From Trichoplax adhaerens (Eukaryota > Animalia > Placozoa), in NCBI RefSeq assembly GCF_000150275.1, contig NW_002060957.1:1414445-1478444 (forward strand): a stretch of 64,000 bases of DNA. The letters are read 5' to 3'. The stretch's first letter is position 1; each line of letters opens with the position of its first letter. The position numbers and the translations under genes are program-made. The notes under the pieces were generated by a model. It ran no database searches. It was not told the origin of the DNA and saw only the letters and a list, made by a program, of their open reading frames with translations. Below, one piece after another: positions 57,591-64,000 of this stretch.

Positions 57591-60500
57591 ATGTCTTCCA
57601 TTCAAAGTGGCAATTATACTCTGTCTCGAAATCGATCGACGGATGATTCTATCGTTGCTGTTCAAGTTAAATTGACAGATAGTTGTTTAAATGCTTTGGA
57701 CAGTTATATCAAGTTCGCATTGGTAAGTAATATCACTACATTTGTTTGCTTCTTACTCGATTCGGAACAAACAATCCTTAAACTTCCTTAAACTGCCTTC
57801 ATCATCTCGCTTAAAAAAGGATTGTCATCCTTGCCGCTCGAGAAGGATGAGTTTGCTTAGATTGGCTACATCAGTAGCGATGGGTACATTTGAATTGGCT
57901 TAACGTACCCATGTTAAATGGATTAAAAGTGCATTTAGTTTTTTTCCCCTGCACTGAATAGAATAGTATCCATTAAAGCTATCCACTCTCAATCTATCGA
58001 CGGTAGGATAGTTGGAAATGGAACCGCAGCATGCCGATATAGCATACCTTAAAAGGATGTTATTGACTTCCCAATAGAACATGTACACTAGGTAGACGGA
58101 CAGTAGATATATTAGTCCTATTCTTATGCTTTGTGGACTCATCTCCGACAGGGATAACTTTCCTATTTACTAGCGTCCTAGAGCGAAATTGTTCTATCAA
58201 GCGACACTGTATAGTCGGCAGTTTTATTTATCAACAATGAAGAAGGGAACCATTTCCCGATCTTTGCAATAATTTATCCATTGACTGCAGTACAAATACA
58301 TGGAGCATAGCAATGATGATGTGCAAACCATGTTATTATCAAACTTGATCCACACGTAGTAATTGTCATTTCTTGTGAAATTGAATCTTACAGAAATTAA
58401 ATGAAGATCACCCAACGTTATCATGTGATGGCAAGACTGGGGTAAGGCTTGATACTAATGAAATGACATTGGCTTGATTGAGTCGTTTTGATCATCATTG
58501 TCTGCCATACTTATTCTAGGACTGTGTAATAGCGTGGACAAAATGCATTAGGCAGGCGTTCTATGTTTTACTACTTTATTTGTCGTTCAAAATACTTGGA
58601 TACTGTACTTTTAATATAATATCAGTAAATAGATTATAGTCAATTGATAAAGTAGTTGAAAACGATGATCAATTTACGACAGCAACTTGGGCATTGCTCT
58701 AATGTAGTTTGCCATCACTTTCCATTGGCTGTGATGGAAACAGTGTAATTTTTACCTATTGATTGATCTGGATTAGACGTAATCGACACTTAATAAGGGT
58801 AATTGGTGACAAATAGCTTGCCGTTGGCATTTTCAAAGTATTAATCTTATTCCACTCATTAGAGAATTTTCATACCGGATAAAAATGGAGGCAGAGACTT
58901 TCAGTTCTCTTGTACAACCTTACCGGAAGATCGGGGTCCCTTTGAATGCTATTCTATGCACCAATCTCATTCGGATAAAATGATCTATGAAGGGAGTATC
59001 ACTACCAGGATGTCCATTCAAGCTACTGATGAAATTTACGCCAAGACAAAAATCAAAATGGAGAAAGCGGAAGAAGAACGCAAAGAATCACGGTAGGATT
59101 TCATGACTAAAATGATACTCTTGCAACTTTTTAACCGAATTGCAGCTACTTGACCAATCAATTGAATTGTTGATTTTAGGGCCAAGTTGGTCAATCCAGT
59201 CAGTAAAGGTTTGATCTATTGGTTATCGTTGAGGATAGTGCTATTGACGGCTAATGTTAGCTTCAAAGTGATGTTACCAATACATGTTTCCTTGTCTTTA
59301 TAGCTACGAAAGGTGGGCGCAATAAATCCAAGCCAGTTCTACTTCGCCCAACTCGTACAATTCCTGCCAGTAAACCACTTTTGCCTTCACGGTCGACAAA
59401 TTACGTTACTACATCGAGCAATAAGCCTTATAAGTATGACAACTTTGTAACGATTTATAATTGTGTAGTGCTACTTGCCTAAAGAATGACAACTCTATTT
59501 AAATACTACGCTTATTATATCATTTTATCATAGAGATCGAGTTATTCATTATTTAGCGATCCAGCCTCTCAACAAATTAGAACTTCTCACTAGATTACAT
59601 AAAGGTAGCATTCTGACCTGTGGTATCAAAATTGAACTAAATTGTATTGAAGTGATAATAACTGTTCGTCAATCGTTGCTTTACGTTCATATCAATGCAT
59701 TCTAGATGGACGAGCCAACAAGAAAGATACAAATAGACTAGGTAGCATCTTGAAAGAGGTATGTATAGTATGTAGAACGCTAAGATTATCATACAATGTT
59801 ACATTCATTTCTGTAAAACTAATCCAGCATGAAACAACCCTATTCTAAAATATAGGTTGCCGTTATGAAAAATAATAAATTTTATCTACATAAACACTTG
59901 TACTCCGAAGTGCAGGTACTAATCGTTAAGATAATATTGATGAGCTATATTTCAGCAAATTGATAGTCATAATAGTTGTAGTGACTGTATTCACAATTAC
60001 TACTGTAGGCATGTTCATTCATGATGTACTAATATTGAAAAATCAATTAGTCATTCATGGTAAACAATTTCAAAAATTTTATCCTAGGTGGATAAGTTTT
60101 CCTCCTATACGGAAAATGATAAGCGCTTAGTTGCTTTGTGAGTATTATCAAGTACTTACTGATACATTATCCCAAGTCAATAATAGGCGTAATATAGTTT
60201 AGTTAATAACGAAATAGTGTAATGGCTGAAATGCTTTTGGTTGCAGAAATATTTCTAAGTATTGCTCCAATGCTTTACGTGACAATGTAAATATATCCCA
60301 GTCGTCATCGAATGCTAGACGTACCGACGCAAAGGTTAGCCCCTTTGATATTGCAATACAGTACTATGTGCCTCAATTTCTCTGTAAGATAGATGAGTAT
60401 AATAACAAATTTTGGTCAATTAAAATTTTTAGCAAGAAAAACATAAACCTAGCCCGAAAAAATCAGTCTCTACAAATCCTCCTTCAGGGTCGGATAAAAA

Positions 60501-61374
60501 GTGGCCCCATGGTGACGCGCAGCCTGCAACGTCCATTAAGAAAACGAAGAGAAATATCCACGAAACGGAATTTGAAAAGACTGTAAAGCAGCCAGAAAAG
60601 AGATCAAAACTTGGTAATCTTTTATGGTGACAAGTATAAGCAATTTCATTGGGGAATAACTAAATGTGGAATTTTATTTTAATAGAAAACTTAAACTCAA
60701 TTATTAGCGCTGTAAATGATAAAGCGGGCGAAATCGATTATCTGGCGTAAGTTCATCACAGTTGCGTCGGCAGTACAAATAAGATCATTTAACAATTAAA
60801 ATTTTATTGCATTTTTCAATGGACCGGAAAATGCGTGGTCATAACATTGTTGTCTTTCAATGGTAGGATGTATCCAACCATAACTGCTATGGCAGAGAGA
60901 GATCGCTATAAACGCATTTTTAACAAAGATTATACAGAATATACAAAGCTTAAAGAAAGGTATAGTGATATTGCTGACTTTTTTAGAGAGAAACAGAAAC
61001 AGTTGGAAAGTCTTCCTGAAAACAGCAGTAAATACCGGGCAAGTTGTACTCTACAAGGCCGATCAATTCTACTTTGCTAAACACTATTGACACATTGGTA
61101 TGATGTTGATAATAACAGCTATTTTCGATCTTGCAGGAAATTACCGATGAAGTTTTAAAGAAGTATGATGACATCACTAAGGTAAGCGGTAATTATTACA
61201 ACAGCTAAGGACTGTAAGTGTACTGTCTCTTAAATTAAATATTCAATTGTGGCATGTTTTATCCTTTCTACTAAGCAGGATACCTCCTACAGTAAGGATA
61301 AGAGCAAATTGTACCAACTTTATAAAAAATTAAGTCATTTAAAGAAACAGATTGAAGAATTTCAAAAAAAGTAG
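57591..61374 (+). CDS. ELL: RNA polymerase II elongation factor ELL
   Basis: N-terminus VQVKLTDSCLNALDSY, FEC...SITTRMSIQATDEIYAKTKIKMEKAEEERK, DRVIHLLAIQPLNKLELLTRLHK/DG. C-terminal occludin/ELL domain DYL/YPTIT..ERDRYKRIFNKDYTEY...LYKKLSHLKKQIEEF; stop TAG at 61372-61374. Confidence 0.92.
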
Positions 61375-61661
61375 CAAAATGAATAATATACATGATAAAA
61401 ATTTTATAATGATATCGAGTGTGATTTGTTATGCTGTATAGTTGCATTGGTTGCTTGTTCATTAATTGGAATTGTATGTGTAGAGCGAAAAGATTGATTG
61501 ATTAAAAGTTGTTGGTTTAGATATGCATTATACAGATGATCTATTACAAGTTATTGATATTTTCTTTTCTTGTATCTATGCCTGGTATGGCACTTTTAAT
61601 AGCATCCCAAAATACAATTTTCCATCTTAGATGGGTTAATATGTTTTAATAAATGCATTGG

Positions 61662-62603
61662 CTATTTGGCTTTACCGAAAATGTACTTGTACACATTGGA
61701 TTGAGGGCTATAAATAAAGCTTTGTTCTTCTAAATAGGTTAATGCCTTGATGACGGTATCTTTACGTAGATGTGCATACGTTAGGGTAGATCGAAGAAGA
61801 TAGCATAGTTGTTGTAGTTCAACGGTTGTTTTTTCTTGCATAATTTCCAATATCAATTGAGCAAGATCACCGCTAGGATTGATAAGTTGAAAGCAATTGC
61901 CATCGAAGTCTTTCATTAACAATTCACCGTGGAGTACCATGATTTTTAATACTTTATCGAACGATGCTTGTATATCTTGGGCAGGATTGTTTGGAGTTTG
62001 GCATGTTTGTATTGTATGGGCCAACATCTCCTGATAAAGAAATGAATGGTTGCCAGTTGTTTGTAATTGCTTGCGTATCACATCTTGAATGAGGGTGTCT
62101 CTTTGAGTATCAGTCCATTGCTGGCAAGATTGCTTCTTGCCCAGTGGTAGCGTTATAGATGCATTGCATGTATAAACTCGTTGATGGAGTTGAATGATAT
62201 CCTTCCATCTTTTATACTCGATATTAGGGCGTAACGTATCATTAACCAGGCGTTGGACAACAATTCTTTTACCGCTATCACGGTAGCCTTCAGTCACTCT
62301 GCCCATAATAGTGACTAAATCACCTAATTTGCAGTCTCGGATTTTATCTCGATCTTTCCACAGCGTGCAAGAAATTCTGCCGGTACCATCATCCAGTACA
62401 ATTTCGTCCAATTTATTTTTCTTGACTACGCTGACAACATCTCCCATGATTTCCACTTTGTAAATAATGTGGTCGTGATAGAGGTAGACGTTGGTGAAAT
62501 CTTTGACAGCCAATAAATGGTCGACATCTCGAATCAATAATTTGATATGAGCTGAAAAGAGAGGATCTAGTCCCCAATAGATTGGCGATGCAATGGTAGC
62601 CAT
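61662..62603 (-). CDS. STN1: CST complex subunit STN1 (OB-fold plus winged helices), intronless CDS
   Basis: YWGLDPLFSAHIKLLIRDV...YHDHIIYKVEIMGDVV...LDDGTGRISCTLWK matches the STN1 N-terminus; the C-terminal LEEQSFIYS...Y is wHTH-like. First ATG at 62603; the ORF track begins at GTG 62615. Confidence 0.9.
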   Translation of the reverse strand: MATIASPIYWGLDPLFSAHIKLLIRDVDHLLAVKDFTNVYLYHDHIIYKVEIMGDVVSVVKKNKLDEIVLDDGTGRISCTLWKDRDKIRDCKLGDLVTIMGRVTEGYRDSGKRIVVQRLVNDTLRPNIEYKRWKDIIQLHQRVYTCNASITLPLGKKQSCQQWTDTQRDTLIQDVIRKQLQTTGNHSFLYQEMLAHTIQTCQTPNNPAQDIQASFDKVLKIMVLHGELLMKDFDGNCFQLINPSGDLAQLILEIMQEKTTVELQQLCYLLRSTLTYAHLRKDTVIKALTYLEEQSFIYSPQSNVYKYIFGKAK

Positions 62604-63335
62604 GGATTCTTCCACGTTGACCTATTTGAAGTGGTAAGCAACTTGAACTAGTGGAGTAATTTATAAGCTGCTATCATCATCATCATCTTGCATAACAGAT
62701 CAATTCCACCTATAAGAAATTGAGTTCATAAATAAGTTGTGTGAACACTTGAACGGCAGTGTTTACAGTGGAGACATTACTGTGCATCGGAGTGTGACAA
62801 TCAGTTCAGATTGCTTTCTGCTTGTAGTTACTATATCCAGTCGACTTGTGCACAGTTCCTATGTTGAGGCGAGCTATATGTTACCTTGAACAAGGGATTC
62901 TATTCTAATCAATTATTTATCTACCCACCAAAACAACAGCAACAGCAACTGTACTAACAATGCTAACAGTAAACCGAAAGAGAGGCGAATAGGCAGCAGT
63001 CGTTCAAGCATTTAATAAGGATACGAGCTAACAATTTGCTGGTTATCTCAACTAAAGTGTGTATCTAAAATGATATCCTCAATGTGTCCACGATAGGCAG
63101 GCCAACGATGAGCTGCTTACTTGCTTCATTACTGAATTAATTGATGGCTGATGAAACTTTATTATCTATCGATTCAATCTATATCATGTCACAAAATATA
63201 TATTATATTATACAGGGCTGCGGCTGCGTTTACTTTGCCACGTGACATCACCTTCTATTTTATTTAATAAATTTGGCAAAGTTATCTTCTATCTTGATAA
63301 TTTTCCCTTTCCCTGATTTGAATTTGAACTTCGAT

Positions 63336-63895
63336 GTGTACACGTGAGTGTACAGTACACAGTACTGTACACTCACTATACTGTACACTGTACACTGTAC
63401 ACAGTGTACTGTACTGTGCTACTAGTAATTAGTGCTGTAGACGTCGAGCGATTGGACGCCCAACGGACGTTCGATTTTGGACGTTCGGTATGTACGTTCG
63501 TTGTCAGATCGGACGTCGACGAACTGTACTGTACAGTGTACAGTGTACAGTACAGTGTATACAGTCAGTTTGTATAATCCCACCCCAATACTATACAGTA
63601 CAGTAGTACAAACGTCTTTTACAACACTTTGTATTTCAGAGTCATGACTACAGTATACTGTACGCTGTTACGTACTGTACTACTGTACTGTATGTACAGT
63701 GTACAGTGTACAGTACAGTATAGTATAGTCTTATACCATACTGTACAGTGTACACTATATACTGTAGTGTTAACACTGTACACTGTGTACTGTACGTTGG
63801 TACGTTCAATGAACGTCCGACGTTCAAATTGGACGTTCGTAAGTTCGTTCATTAAAACTGGCGAACGTCCACAGTACTACTAGTAATCAGTCACG
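63336..63895. repeat. Palindromic (GTACA/GTACT/GTGTACA)n low-complexity array with two GGACGTTCG-motif blocks
   Basis: Runs of TGTACAG/CTGTACA/CAGTA/TACTG at 63336-63420 and 63524-63795; ACGTTC/GAACGT clusters at 63440-63525 and 63792-63871. Confidence 0.9.
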
Positions 63896-64000
63896 GACTA
63901 CTAGAAGAGAACCGTGCCGTGCCGGTCCGGTACTCAGCTAATCAATCACAGTGCCATCTTCCGTAGGCTTAAAAATCGAAGCAAAGATCTTTCAGACTAG

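Noticed and set aside
63344-63883. Three 77-84 aa ORFs rich in Y/T/V/C
   Set aside because: They are translations of the GTAC simple repeat on both strands, not credible proteins.

Overview
AT-rich eukaryotic genomic DNA with many short GT-AG introns, from an early-branching animal. Gene style is most consistent with a placozoan such as Trichoplax (inference only). Eight protein-coding genes can be supported: the 3' part of MCRS1 (+), a class A GPCR (+), a PTPRR-like receptor tyrosine phosphatase with non-canonical catalytic motifs (+), CCDC87 (+), TRMO (-), SMC5 (+), ELL (+) and STN1 (-). About 2-19 kb is gene-poor and holds decayed coding-like sequence and degenerate tandem duplications. 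The most unusual non-coding structures are palindromic (GTACA/GTACT)n arrays at the TRMO/SMC5 divergent promoter and upstream of STN1, where they are interleaved with periodic GGACGTTCG motifs, and a ~8-copy degenerate 125-200 bp array between SMC5 and ELL. No rRNA, tRNA, CRISPR array or intact transposon was recognised. Exon boundaries were read by eye and may be off by a few bases.
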